Positions 47,269-57,010 of a DNA stretch of 64,000 nucleotides are shown in pieces. Every line of letters begins with the position of its first letter. Positions within the stretch are counted from its first letter, which is position 1. The DNA comes from Spirochaetaceae bacterium (GTDB taxonomy: Bacteria; Spirochaetota; Leptospiria; Leptospirales; Leptonemataceae): assembly GCA_002729885.1 (NCBI GenBank), contig PBUB01000021.1, forward strand, positions 36,451-100,450. The letters are read 5' to 3'. A model generated the notes under the pieces. That model was not told the DNA's origin. It made no database searches and saw nothing but the letters and a program-made list of their open reading frames with translations. The position numbers were made by a program, and so were the translations under genes.

Positions 47269-47990
47269 ACTCCTACCTCCACTTCGCCGGTAGTGTGTTT
47301 CATAAATTCAGTCTCCAGATCGGTTTCCAGTTTCTGTCCTTCCAGGCTGGCTGCCATTTTTCCTTGATGAAGTATTAGCACCCGATCACATGTTCGGCTC
47401 ACCTCGGTCAGGATATGGCTGGAAATCAGTATGGTATGCTGCCCGGCCAGATCTCGAATCAGATTTCGCACCTCAACAATCTGCCTGGGATCCAATCCGG
47501 AAACCGGCTCATCAAAAATTAGAATGGAAGGATTACCTATCAAAGCCTGAGCGATGCCCACTCTCTTCCTGTATCCCAGGGACAGATGCCGAATCAAAGA
47601 TCGTCGAGCCGGCTTTAAGTTCGTTCGCTCCACCACCCGATCAAATTCGGAGGCAAAATTCGATTCGCTAACCCCCCGGAGTCGGGCCACAAAATGCAGA
47701 TAGTCGTGCACTGTAAGTTCCAGATAGAGGGGCGGGACTTCTGGCAAATACCCCAATTTGCTGCGAATGCTCAGCGGATTCTCCGCCACATTCTCACCTT
47801 CTACCTCCAGAGTTCCATCACTGGGAGTAAGAAATCCGGTTAGAAGCCGCAAACAGGTGGTTTTTCCGGCCCCGTTGAGCCCCAGAAGGCCCACTACTTC
47901 GCCGGCCTGGATCTCAAAGCTAACATTCTGTAAGGCAGGAAAGTCTCCGTAATACTTGGTAACCTGAGACAATCGGATGGGAGGTTGCAT
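47265..47990 (-). CDS. ABC transporter ATP-binding protein (GldA-like)
   Basis: Walker A GLNGAGKTT, signature LSLGYRKRVGIAQAL, Walker B ILIFDEPVSGLD. The start is taken at MQPPIRLSQV. Confidence 0.92.
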   Translation of the reverse strand: MQPPIRLSQVTKYYGDFPALQNVSFEIQAGEVVGLLGLNGAGKTTCLRLLTGFLTPSDGTLEVEGENVAENPLSIRSKLGYLPEVPPLYLELTVHDYLHFVARLRGVSESNFASEFDRVVERTNLKPARRSLIRHLSLGYRKRVGIAQALIGNPSILIFDEPVSGLDPRQIVEVRNLIRDLAGQHTILISSHILTEVSRTCDRVLILHQGKMAASLEGQKLETDLETEFMKHTTGEVEVGV

Positions 47991-48248
47991 ACTGCCTTTA
48001 ACACCGCGTCGGCAGGCCACATGTCAAATGATTTCCAATGAACGAAGGCCGCCAAAAGATGGTCAAATAGCTGTTGCTCAGAATTTTTAGACAGAGTCCG
48101 CTACCAGACCCGTCCCGGAAGAGACTAACATCGCATCCGGGCGGCTATAATGGAAGGGAACGAAACCTGCTGACTTTCCGCACTCCATCTGATGGACGGA
48201 GTGGAGCCAGTGTATGCGAATGCTCTGTCAAATCTCCCGGAAAAAGCC

Positions 48249-50126
48249 ATGAATCGAAGAATACCATTTAGACTGGATGTTTCTATTGTACTGGCCCTGG
48301 CCTTTCTATTGATCGGCCAGCAGACTTTGAATGCCAGTCCCTACAGTCAGGGTCGACTGGCCTTTGCCAGAGGGGATTTTGACTCGGCCATGAGATTGCT
48401 GGAGGAATCCACTCGTAGCGATCCATCCAACGGAAATGCATATTTTTACATTGGGCTCATTCATGAGCGAAAGGGGCGTAAGCCTCAATCTATTCAGGCC
48501 TACAAGCAGGCAGTTTCCAGGCGCATGGATGCAGATCTTCGGGAAAAAGCGCTGTGGAAGATAGTACTGTACTCTAAATACATTGGAGACTGGGGATCGG
48601 TCTCGGTTTACAGTTCTCAGTTTTTGAAGTACAAGCATCATCCGGAAATGGCCAGGCTGCAGGCCATGGCCGCAAACCAGGGCGGCTCCTCCAGTGCAGA
48701 AATGGTACGCCTGGTTCAGAAAGGACAGAAATCAGAAAAAGAGGGCAACCTGACCGAGGCCATAGGCTACTACGAAGAAGCCATCGACATTGAGCCGGAT
48801 GCCCATTCTGTACGATGGAACCTGGCTTCGGTGGCCATGAAAGCCAACCAGTATTCCAGGGCTGTCACACATCTCAAGTACCTGGATCGCAAGGATTCGC
48901 AATGGAAGTATAGCTACAAACTCGGAGTTTGCTACTATCAGCTGGGGAAATACCAGAGCGCGCTTTCCTTTTTTGATCGGGCCACAAGTCAAAACAACAG
49001 ACCCTCTGGAAGCTTTAAGTATTTTCTGCAGATTGGCAGAGGACTAACCTATCTTGAGTTGGAAGACATAGTCCGGGCCGAAGAGAATCTGAACTCAGCA
49101 TCCAGGGTTAAAAACTCTGCCCTGGTTCAGGGAGCCCTGGCTCGCATCGCACTGATGAAAGGGGATCGAAATACCGCCGCCAGCCGAATGCAGGCCGCTC
49201 TCAAGGAAGATTCCAGTCAACTGGATGCACTCTCTGTAAGGGCGCTCCTGACTTCAGATCCGGACAACTACGAAAAATTCCAGGACCAGTTATACAGAAA
49301 CACTGTGTATCAGCCGGCCTACTACAATTCAGTAACCCTGCAGTACGTTCATGTCCTGGCGGCCCGCTCCAGGTTTGATCGTGCGCGAACGGTGCTGGAT
49401 TCATTGAGTAATCAAAAGATAGAAGCCGTTCATAAAATGAAATACAATACGGCCGCTCTGTCCAATCGCGCATTGATTTTCAGTTCAACTTCAGAGGAAC
49501 AAAAGGCATCTGCTGGAGTTTCTCGCAGTAGATTGCTGGAAGAAGAGATTCAGATGTTCCTTTTGTTCGATCGTTCGGACAGGGCAAAGTCAGCCATCGC
49601 CCGCTACAAAGAGGAGCTGGCGAATACCATTGTTGATGAAAAGACAGAAGGAAACTCTCCTTCGGAAGGCCAGAGCAGGCCTGAGCCGGAGCCTGAACCG
49701 GAATCGCAGGCAGGCTGGCTTCGTGCGAAGCCTGAGATCTTTGAATATATTGCCCGGGTAGAGCTTCTGGATTTTCTCTTTCAACGGAAGGATGTAGCCC
49801 GAGCCACGGAAGTAGCATCGTTCTGGGTGCCTCGATCTTCGCAATTCAAGACCGCAGCCGCCGATCTAAGTGAAGTTCAATCGCTTATTTCCAGAGATGC
49901 AAAATGGGCCGCTCTATTCGGAGAAAAACCGCCGACGCCTGAAACGGTGACACCTTCGCCGGAGACTTCTCCTGGGCCGATGCCGGAAAGCGATAACGAT
50001 AGCCCTGCTCCAGAGAAAGAAAATACAGAACCAGAAAACCCGGCCTCTCCGGAAGCAGAAACCACGCAGCCGCAATCAAAAACCTCTGAACCCGAAACCG
50101 AGCAGGAAAACTCCGAATCGCAATGA
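48249..50126 (+). CDS. secreted TPR-repeat protein with acidic Pro/Glu/Ser-rich C-terminal tail
   Basis: Signal MNRRIPFRLDVSIVLALAFLLIGQQTLNA. Multiple TPR units (GDFDSAMRLLEES, GNLTEAIGYYEEAI, GKYQSALSFFDRA). Tail PETVTPSPETSPGPMPESDNDSPAPEKENTEPENP... Confidence 0.8.
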   Translation: MNRRIPFRLDVSIVLALAFLLIGQQTLNASPYSQGRLAFARGDFDSAMRLLEESTRSDPSNGNAYFYIGLIHERKGRKPQSIQAYKQAVSRRMDADLREKALWKIVLYSKYIGDWGSVSVYSSQFLKYKHHPEMARLQAMAANQGGSSSAEMVRLVQKGQKSEKEGNLTEAIGYYEEAIDIEPDAHSVRWNLASVAMKANQYSRAVTHLKYLDRKDSQWKYSYKLGVCYYQLGKYQSALSFFDRATSQNNRPSGSFKYFLQIGRGLTYLELEDIVRAEENLNSASRVKNSALVQGALARIALMKGDRNTAASRMQAALKEDSSQLDALSVRALLTSDPDNYEKFQDQLYRNTVYQPAYYNSVTLQYVHVLAARSRFDRARTVLDSLSNQKIEAVHKMKYNTAALSNRALIFSSTSEEQKASAGVSRSRLLEEEIQMFLLFDRSDRAKSAIARYKEELANTIVDEKTEGNSPSEGQSRPEPEPEPESQAGWLRAKPEIFEYIARVELLDFLFQRKDVARATEVASFWVPRSSQFKTAAADLSEVQSLISRDAKWAALFGEKPPTPETVTPSPETSPGPMPESDNDSPAPEKENTEPENPASPEAETTQPQSKTSEPETEQENSESQ

Positions 50127-50218
50127 AGACCATCGAATAGTCCCGACCACGCCGGAGATGCCGGAGATGCCAGAGGAAAACCAGTAGAAATCAAGCCTTA
50201 TGACAATCAGGTTGCCGA

Positions 50219-51064
50219 ATGGAACCTCCGACTCTAGCCATGCCGCACCTGCTGGGCATCGTAAACATTACCACCGATTCCTTTTCAGATGGCGGCCAGT
50301 ATCTTCAGCCGCAATCGCTGGAAGAACATATTCTAAAATTATGCGAAGGTGGATGTCCCATCCTGGATCTGGGAGCCGCAAGCAGCAATCCTGCAGCGAA
50401 TCCCGTAGATACAGAGCTGGAAATAGAGCGTCTGAATCTTGCTCTGGAAATTATTCAGCGATTGAAAGAAAAGAGCCAGATTTCCAGGGATGTTGAAGTA
50501 TCCATAGATACATTCAATCCGGAGGTTCAGAAATTTGCTCTGGACCAGAACATCGATTACTTAAACGACATCACGGGCTTTCCGGAACGTGAAATGCATC
50601 CGACCCTGGCTGCATCCAGTTGCAGACTTATCATAATGCATTCTATCCAGAGAGGCATTGCCAATGAGACCAGAGTATCGCCGGATCTGATTCTGGATCA
50701 GATTCGCAGCTTTTTTCAAAAGCGATTACAGGAACTGGAGACTGCAGGCATTTCCCGGAAACGTCTGATCCTGGACCCCGGAATGGGATTTTTTCTGGGC
50801 TCGGATCCGGAATGCTCCTATCGGGTGCTTCGCAACCTACAGAGCTTGAAAGAAGAATTTGGGCTGCCTTTGCTGGTTTCCGTTTCCCGTAAATCCTTCC
50901 TGGGTGCAATTACCGGAACACCTCCACAGCGTCGATGGGCTGAAACCCTGGCATGCGAACTATATCTGGCAGAGCAAAAGGTAGAATACATTCGCACTCA
51001 TGATCCCGAGGCGATATACCGTGCCCTGGCTATACAACAAGCCATTGCCGGCGATCAACATTGA
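50219..51064 (+). CDS. folP: dihydropteroate synthase
   Basis: LLGIVNITTDSFSDGG, ILDLGAASSNP, ISIDTF, NDITG, ILDPGMGFF and SVSRKSF are the canonical Pterin_bind motifs. Confidence 0.92.
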   Translation: MEPPTLAMPHLLGIVNITTDSFSDGGQYLQPQSLEEHILKLCEGGCPILDLGAASSNPAANPVDTELEIERLNLALEIIQRLKEKSQISRDVEVSIDTFNPEVQKFALDQNIDYLNDITGFPEREMHPTLAASSCRLIIMHSIQRGIANETRVSPDLILDQIRSFFQKRLQELETAGISRKRLILDPGMGFFLGSDPECSYRVLRNLQSLKEEFGLPLLVSVSRKSFLGAITGTPPQRRWAETLACELYLAEQKVEYIRTHDPEAIYRALAIQQAIAGDQH

Positions 51065-51079
51065 AACCAGAACAGTTGG

Positions 51080-52252
51080 TTACGGGACGGGCCCGTTCTC
51101 TTCGCCGGCCAGAATTCGCATTAACTCGGGACTGAATTCTACGAAAGGATCTCTTCGTCGCATCATATTCTCCACCGGGCTGGCGGGTGGAGAATCCCGT
51201 AGCACAAAGCCATGGTCTGTTCTTTCCAGTACCTTCAAGCTGTAGTTTGAGAAATCGCTGCTGCGAACAAAGTTTTCCTGATCTCTGGCATCTTCCGGAT
51301 GAATTTCTTCATCGTATTCGGAGAGTACATGGATAATGTCGAGACCAGGCCTTGATTCAATTAGAGAGCGAAGAGATGCAGGAAAGTCAATATGGGCGGC
51401 TGCCCTGGTCCAGTCTCGATTGGACGGACGATACAGATGCGAAATGGTTTTTTCCAGAGCCAGAATGTCCGAGTGGAGCTTTTGCTCTTTTAAATTTTCC
51501 AGGCGCTCTTCCCAGGCTTCCTCATCCATTTCCGGAATTTCGCCGGCTTCAATCTTTTCCCGATGACGCTTCCAGGTGCGTCCGGATTCTTCCAGCATAT
51601 CACTGGAAGCTCCGGTAAGTTCCATATTATAGAAAACACGACCGGCCCATTCTTTTAAGGGAGTGCCGGAATAGGCGCAGTTCGCCAGAATCAATCGATC
51701 CGGCTGAACTGTTCGAAAGGCTTCCGGTTCCTGCAATGCCATGACAGATACCAGACATCCTTCCCCTACAGAAAGAATACTTATGGGCGCCCGGGGCAGA
51801 TCCTCTTTTTCCATGGTGGACTGCAATGCCTGCACTACATCCAGAAAAGCTCTTACTGATTTTTCCGGGTCCGTCAAATCGATGGATTCATCTCCGCTAC
51901 CCGGCGGGCTGTAACGAACCACAGCCAGATTGTTTTCTACAAGACGGCGAGCAAATCGCAATCCGGGACGGGTTTGATTCCCTGGAGAATTCCAGTCTTT
52001 ATCGTAATCTCTGTCCGGAACAACAATGATGTATCCCCGGGTTTCTTCCGGTAGCATGAGTTCTGCAGTCTGGATCCAGGATGGTCCGTCGCCGTGCTTC
52101 TCCTCCGCTAATTGATACCGCCGAAAGTCTGCTCCACTGAAGTCCAGGCCCTGTATTATCGTTGGAAGATATACAAATACACCCAGGCCCGCAAGAAGCA
52201 GGCCAATCAACAGGAATGTAATTAAAATAAGTTTCTTCATTTGCGTCTTCAT
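51080..52252 (-). CDS. membrane-anchored alpha/beta-hydrolase-fold-like protein with a non-canonical nucleophile elbow
   Basis: N-terminal TM LILITFLLIGLLLAGLGVFVYL. ISILSVGEGCLVS sits where GxSxG is expected. C-terminal ...SEYDEEI... and ERTDHGF are Asp/His-like positions. Confidence 0.4.
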   Translation of the reverse strand: MKTQMKKLILITFLLIGLLLAGLGVFVYLPTIIQGLDFSGADFRRYQLAEEKHGDGPSWIQTAELMLPEETRGYIIVVPDRDYDKDWNSPGNQTRPGLRFARRLVENNLAVVRYSPPGSGDESIDLTDPEKSVRAFLDVVQALQSTMEKEDLPRAPISILSVGEGCLVSVMALQEPEAFRTVQPDRLILANCAYSGTPLKEWAGRVFYNMELTGASSDMLEESGRTWKRHREKIEAGEIPEMDEEAWEERLENLKEQKLHSDILALEKTISHLYRPSNRDWTRAAAHIDFPASLRSLIESRPGLDIIHVLSEYDEEIHPEDARDQENFVRSSDFSNYSLKVLERTDHGFVLRDSPPASPVENMMRRRDPFVEFSPELMRILAGEENGPVP

Positions 52253-52364
52253 CCCCTTTGCTACCGGCCTTGCTCGGTCGCAAAGATCCTATGCTCCAGG
52301 TGTTGCTTCGTGGGTGGGCAGCGATTGCCTTGTTTCGGCTGCTTTTTCGCGCGCCTCCAATTCG

Positions 52365-53888
52365 CTAGAATACGAAGTAAATGAACTGATGACCGGACTG
52401 GGATAGTGCAGGCAACATCCAGCCACCCAGCAGAGTTCCCAGAATCAGCAACAACCAGAATTCGTATCGACGGAAACGCTGAAAATGTTGCGGTTTATAC
52501 TGAACCCAGTGGAAGAAAAAGGCCACCAGAAACATCACAGCGATAGTATCCAGCTGGCTCATTTCCTGGCTGCGAAAGATTTCGCTGCCAAACACAGATT
52601 CAAGGGTCTCTGTGTCGCCGCCGGCCTCTTCGTAATACTCCGTTAGATGATGACTTCCATGTGTAAATAGACCGGAGATCATCTGACCCATGATCTCAGT
52701 GGAACTGATTTCCATTCCTTTATACTGCACCGGATGAGCTCGGAACATAAGAGCGCTAAAGGAGAACAGAGAAAACATCAGAAGAATTTTCAGAATCTTT
52801 ACAGGACCATTTTTATCCGGAGTGGTTTTCAGGCCCAGTAGCTGCTCAATCATTCTTTCGCCGGCAAGTAGAACGCCCCACATCGTTCCCCACAAAACGT
52901 AGGTATAATCCGCCCCATGCCATAGTCCACCCAGGGCAAACGTAATGATCTGGTTAATGTAGGTTCGGCCGGCGCTGACTTTACTTCCACCCAGAGGAAA
53001 ATAGATATAATCCCTGAGCCAGGTAGCCAGAGTAATATGCCATCTTTGCCAGAGTTCCCGGGCGCTGGCCGAGAAAAAGGGTGCCTTGAAATTTTCTGGA
53101 ATGTCGTATCCCAGAAGGAGAGCCGAGCCCCGGGCAATATCGGTGTAACCTGAGAAATCGCAATAGATTTGAACAGAGAAGCTCATTCCCGCCAGCATGA
53201 TACTCCAGCCAGTGTAGAGTTCCGGCGCAGCAAATACAGCGCTGACTATGGAACTCATGGGATCCGCCACCAGGACCTTTTTGATGAGCCCGCTGATGAA
53301 TAACCAGCATCCGCGATAAATCCTTTCTTTATCTATGAAGGCGCTCTGCGGCAAAAAGTCCGTAGATCGCATGATAGGCCCGGCAATGAGCTGAGGAAAA
53401 AATAGTATAAACAGGAAGAATCGAGAGAATTTGATCTCTTCTGTGATCACTCCACGGTAGACATCCACCACATAGGCAGTTAGCTGGAAGGTGTAGAAGC
53501 TAATGGCCAGGGGCAAAAACAGATTCATGTTCTCCACAAAGGGAGGCAAATCCAGGCCCAGATCTGCAGTCATTCGGACGAAGAATCCAAAGTACTTAAA
53601 CAATGCCAGATTCAGCAGGTTGATAATCACGGTGAGAGCCATGATCATCTTTCTTCTAGCATGATGGCGAAGCATCCACTCCACCATGAAGTAATTCAGC
53701 ACAACCAGCCCAATAAAATGGACCGTCCAGCGAATACCCCACCAGCCCTCGCGATTGAGGCCCCAGGTAGCATAGAAAATTACCGAGCCAATGATTAAGA
53801 CACCCGGTCTGTAGCGGGAGGGCAGTAGCCAGTAGATTACATAAACTGCTGCAAAGAATAGAAGGAATAAGAATGAATTAAAGAGCAT
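52365..53888 (-). CDS. MBOAT-family membrane O-acyltransferase (AlgI/DltB/PatA-like)
   Basis: MLFNSFLFLLFF..., multi-TM, FWQRWHITLATWLRDYIYFPLGG and the conserved His in GGLWHGADYTYVLWG. Confidence 0.92.
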   Translation of the reverse strand: MLFNSFLFLLFFAAVYVIYWLLPSRYRPGVLIIGSVIFYATWGLNREGWWGIRWTVHFIGLVVLNYFMVEWMLRHHARRKMIMALTVIINLLNLALFKYFGFFVRMTADLGLDLPPFVENMNLFLPLAISFYTFQLTAYVVDVYRGVITEEIKFSRFFLFILFFPQLIAGPIMRSTDFLPQSAFIDKERIYRGCWLFISGLIKKVLVADPMSSIVSAVFAAPELYTGWSIMLAGMSFSVQIYCDFSGYTDIARGSALLLGYDIPENFKAPFFSASARELWQRWHITLATWLRDYIYFPLGGSKVSAGRTYINQIITFALGGLWHGADYTYVLWGTMWGVLLAGERMIEQLLGLKTTPDKNGPVKILKILLMFSLFSFSALMFRAHPVQYKGMEISSTEIMGQMISGLFTHGSHHLTEYYEEAGGDTETLESVFGSEIFRSQEMSQLDTIAVMFLVAFFFHWVQYKPQHFQRFRRYEFWLLLILGTLLGGWMLPALSQSGHQFIYFVF

Positions 53889-53932
53889 GCCGATTCGATT
53901 GAGTACCTGAACGGTACATCAGTTGTGCACAA

Positions 53933-54949
53933 CTACGTCGGCTCTCCAACCTGAGCCTGAAGAACAGGAATGAACTCGGCTATAGCGCTGTCAAGCGGCG
54001 AATCCACCGTGGCGCCACATGCATTCTTGTGCCCTCCGCCACCGTATTTCTGAACTGCAGGTAGAACATTTACATCGGACCTGGATCTCACAGATATTCT
54101 GGTTCGTTCCCGGTCCCTTTCCGAAAACATTACAGCAGCCTTTACAGAGCCAGGCTCCAGAAGTTCATTCACCAGTCCGTCCAGATGGTCAAATTCCAGA
54201 CCCAGTTTATGAACCTCATCTCTTCGAATGGAAAAAAAAGCGATGGTCTTCCCCTTGCTGAATCTAAGATTCTGATACAGCTTCTTCTTAACTTCCAGTC
54301 GGCCCAGAGGCTGATTGTTTAGCAGCCCTTCCGCCACCTTTTCCGGTCGGATGCCGGTTTCCAGAAGCCTGGCCGCTATTCTATGGGTCTCGGGAGTGGT
54401 CTTTCCGTACCGAAAATGGCCTGTATCTGCCACGATTCCGGCATACAATGCCAGGGCAATTTCCTGGGGAATTTCCTGCCCTGCCGCTTCATAGAGTCTG
54501 TACACCAGTTCGCAACTGCTAGCACAGTTCGGATCCTGAAACAGTCGCTCAAAATCCGGTGCAGCACCATCATGATGATCCACAATCACCAGATTGGAAT
54601 GATCCTTGTTTAGCAGAAAGCCTACATCTCCGATCCGGTCCGGATCCGAGTTATCCACACTGATAACGGTGCGCCCTCGCAATCGTTCGCGGCCTTCCCT
54701 GGCATCCACCTGGTCAAAGGTTTCGATCTTGTGGCCTTCCAGAATGAAGCCCAGCTTCTCTGGTGCCTCGTCGTGGTTTATTATCCTGGAATCAAAACCC
54801 AACTTTAGTAGAAGATAGTTCAGACCAATTTCGGCCCCCAGTCCATCCGGATCAGGACCTCGGTGAGTGGTGATAATGATGCCCAGACAGGACTTCATCC
54901 TGCGAAAAAAGGCTTCCGATAGCCTGTCCAGTTGAGCGTTGGGCTGCAT
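53933..54949 (-). CDS. nrnA: DHH/DHHA1 phosphoesterase (NrnA-like oligoribonuclease/pAp phosphatase)
   Basis: ITTHRGPDPDGLGAE, SVDNSD, VIVDHHD, ADTGHFRY and DHHA1 GGGHKNACGA. Confidence 0.85.
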   Translation of the reverse strand: MQPNAQLDRLSEAFFRRMKSCLGIIITTHRGPDPDGLGAEIGLNYLLLKLGFDSRIINHDEAPEKLGFILEGHKIETFDQVDAREGRERLRGRTVISVDNSDPDRIGDVGFLLNKDHSNLVIVDHHDGAAPDFERLFQDPNCASSCELVYRLYEAAGQEIPQEIALALYAGIVADTGHFRYGKTTPETHRIAARLLETGIRPEKVAEGLLNNQPLGRLEVKKKLYQNLRFSKGKTIAFFSIRRDEVHKLGLEFDHLDGLVNELLEPGSVKAAVMFSERDRERTRISVRSRSDVNVLPAVQKYGGGGHKNACGATVDSPLDSAIAEFIPVLQAQVGEPT

Positions 54950-55001
54950 CTTTGCTGACCTTACAAGTAGGTAACAAGATCGGCAAGTTATTTCCCGGTC
55001 T

Positions 55002-56360
55002 TCAGGCTATGCTTTCTGTAAGCTCACCCCGGGCCTGCTGGAGCAGTACTTCCCGTTCATTTGGGATCTCGCCGGCTTTCACCCGGTCCAGAAGGCTTTT
55101 GAGCAGATCTCCCATGCCCGGCCCTGGTTCCATGCCCATCTGCATCAGGTCATTTCCATCGATTTTCAGATCCCGGATTTTGAGTTCCGCTTCCTGTTTC
55201 TTGATTTCCTCGATGTGCCGTATCAAATCTTTGATGGCTCTGGGCAAAGCCTGCTTTTTTCCGGAGCCTTTACGATCCGCCAATCGGAGGGCAATCAAAT
55301 CCTCCAGCTGAGAGGGGCTTACCTTTTGCATGAACCGACGCACCGCTCGATCACTCCATTCCGAGGTGTAGTGAAACATATGGTTTCTCACCAGGAATTT
55401 CACTCTCTTACCCAGAGTAGCATCGAAGCCAAACCGGCGCATGATTTTCTCTGTGATGCGGGCCCCCACCACTTCATGATTATGAAAGGTAGCTTCCCCT
55501 CCGGGCTGCTCCCGACGAGTATCTGACTTTCCAATGTCATGAAGCAATGCAGCCAGGCGCAGCTTGAGCACCGGTTCATCCACTGCATCGCAGGCATAGA
55601 TCAGATGATGAAAGATATCATGTTTGTGATAACGATTCTGAGTCAGTCCGCGGCCCTTGGCAAGATCCGGCAGAAACCAGTCCAGTGCGCCCAGAGAATC
55701 CAGGATCAGGAACCCCGTACTGGGTCGAGCTCCGCAGACAATCTTTTGAAAACATTTTCGCAGAAATTTGCGGGGCAATTCTTCCGCTGCATCTTCGGAC
55801 CAGGCTTGCTGAAGCTTCTGCTTGAGAGAGCCATCCAAATCAAAATCCAGAAGCGATGCTACCCCGGGGATGCGAAGAGTATCGGCAGCGGTATAGTTGC
55901 GATCCTTCAGAGGTCGCAGATTACCGGAGAGATAATCAGACCTGGCCTGTTCAGAGCCAGACCAGGACCTACCATCGAATCTCAGAGTATCTACAGTGAA
56001 TTCATATGCAGATTCTGCACTTTCACCGGATGCGCCGGTTTCGTCGGACGGACTCTCCAGAAGGAAGCGCAAATGAAAGTCTTCCTTGCATTCAGGAAAG
56101 GACACTACCCATTTTCGCTCGTTGGCAGACTCATCACTTTCCAGGAACTCATCAATCTCTTTGAGAGGGACTGCCGACAGTGCTTCCCACTTTGAAGGTG
56201 AAAGACGAAATATGGCCACTGGATTGTGGCTTCTGAAATACTTCAGGCTTTCGCCAGAAAGGTCTGTCGAACTAAAGGGAAGAACGGAATACTTCTCCAT
56301 CCACTGCAGCAGATAGGATGGCGGATAATAATCTACATGATCTGAAACAAACGGCGTCAT
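55002..56360 (-). CDS. CCA-adding-enzyme/poly(A)-polymerase-family protein with an intact HD domain but a degenerate nucleotidyltransferase head
   Basis: NRYHKHDIFHHL...LAALLHDIGK is the HD domain. C-terminal LKIDGNDLMQMGMEPGPGMGDLLKSLLDRV is the tRNA-NT tail. The N-terminus lacks GGxVRD/DxD but retains an RRDFTINA-like DRNYTAADTL. The ATG at 56360 is preceded by AAAGGA. Confidence 0.65.
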   Translation of the reverse strand: MTPFVSDHVDYYPPSYLLQWMEKYSVLPFSSTDLSGESLKYFRSHNPVAIFRLSPSKWEALSAVPLKEIDEFLESDESANERKWVVSFPECKEDFHLRFLLESPSDETGASGESAESAYEFTVDTLRFDGRSWSGSEQARSDYLSGNLRPLKDRNYTAADTLRIPGVASLLDFDLDGSLKQKLQQAWSEDAAEELPRKFLRKCFQKIVCGARPSTGFLILDSLGALDWFLPDLAKGRGLTQNRYHKHDIFHHLIYACDAVDEPVLKLRLAALLHDIGKSDTRREQPGGEATFHNHEVVGARITEKIMRRFGFDATLGKRVKFLVRNHMFHYTSEWSDRAVRRFMQKVSPSQLEDLIALRLADRKGSGKKQALPRAIKDLIRHIEEIKKQEAELKIRDLKIDGNDLMQMGMEPGPGMGDLLKSLLDRVKAGEIPNEREVLLQQARGELTESIA

Positions 56361-56536
56361 GGGTCGTTCCTTTCGGGTTTTCAGTTCTGTAGCCCGAGCC
56401 GTCGAAAAAGCCGCTACAGAATTCCTCCCAATGGGGAGTCTGGGGGAGCTGCCCGAGTAAAGCCCCATTGAAAATACAGGGAGCTTGCCAGTTCAAAAAA
56501 GCGTGCCCCGGGTAAAAGAAAAAAAAATCTGGAGTA

Positions 56537-56992
56537 ATGTCGGCTCAGGAAAAGAATAAATTGTCCCGGATTCCATTGAGAAGATTGGCCTACCGAATTG
56601 AGCAAAAAGTGGCCTGGTCAGATCTGGATGCATTTGCTCATGTAAACCATACCAGATATCCTGTGTATTTTGAGAATGCCAGAACCGAATTCTTCAGCGA
56701 AATGAAGGTCTGGAACACGGAACATATTCAGCCCACCGGACCTGTGGTTCATGAGCTATCCGTACAATTTCGCAGTCAGGTGCGATTTCCAGCTACTCTG
56801 GAAGTTACAATCGGAATTACAGCACTGGGTAGCCGTAAGTTCGAAATGATCTGTACCATGTGGAACGAAAACGATTGCGTCTGCACAGCCCATGGAGAAT
56901 TTCTGTGGATTCACTTTGAGCGCGGCCTTCCGGTTCGATTGCCCGCAGAACTGGTGGATGCATTGAAGCCCTATCAGGTAGTAGAAAAATAG
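56537..56992 (+). CDS. acyl-CoA thioesterase, 4HBT/YbgC-like hotdog fold
   Basis: IEQKVAWSDLDAFAHVNHTRYPVYFENAR.EFF is the typical 4HBT N-terminal motif. Length 151 aa. Confidence 0.8.
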   Translation: MSAQEKNKLSRIPLRRLAYRIEQKVAWSDLDAFAHVNHTRYPVYFENARTEFFSEMKVWNTEHIQPTGPVVHELSVQFRSQVRFPATLEVTIGITALGSRKFEMICTMWNENDCVCTAHGEFLWIHFERGLPVRLPAELVDALKPYQVVEK

Positions 56993-57010
56993 CCTAAATC
57001 CGGACCACCG

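Noticed and set aside
55539-56195. 218-aa plus-strand ORF
   Set aside because: It is antisense to the CCA-like HD protein gene and has no recognisable motif.
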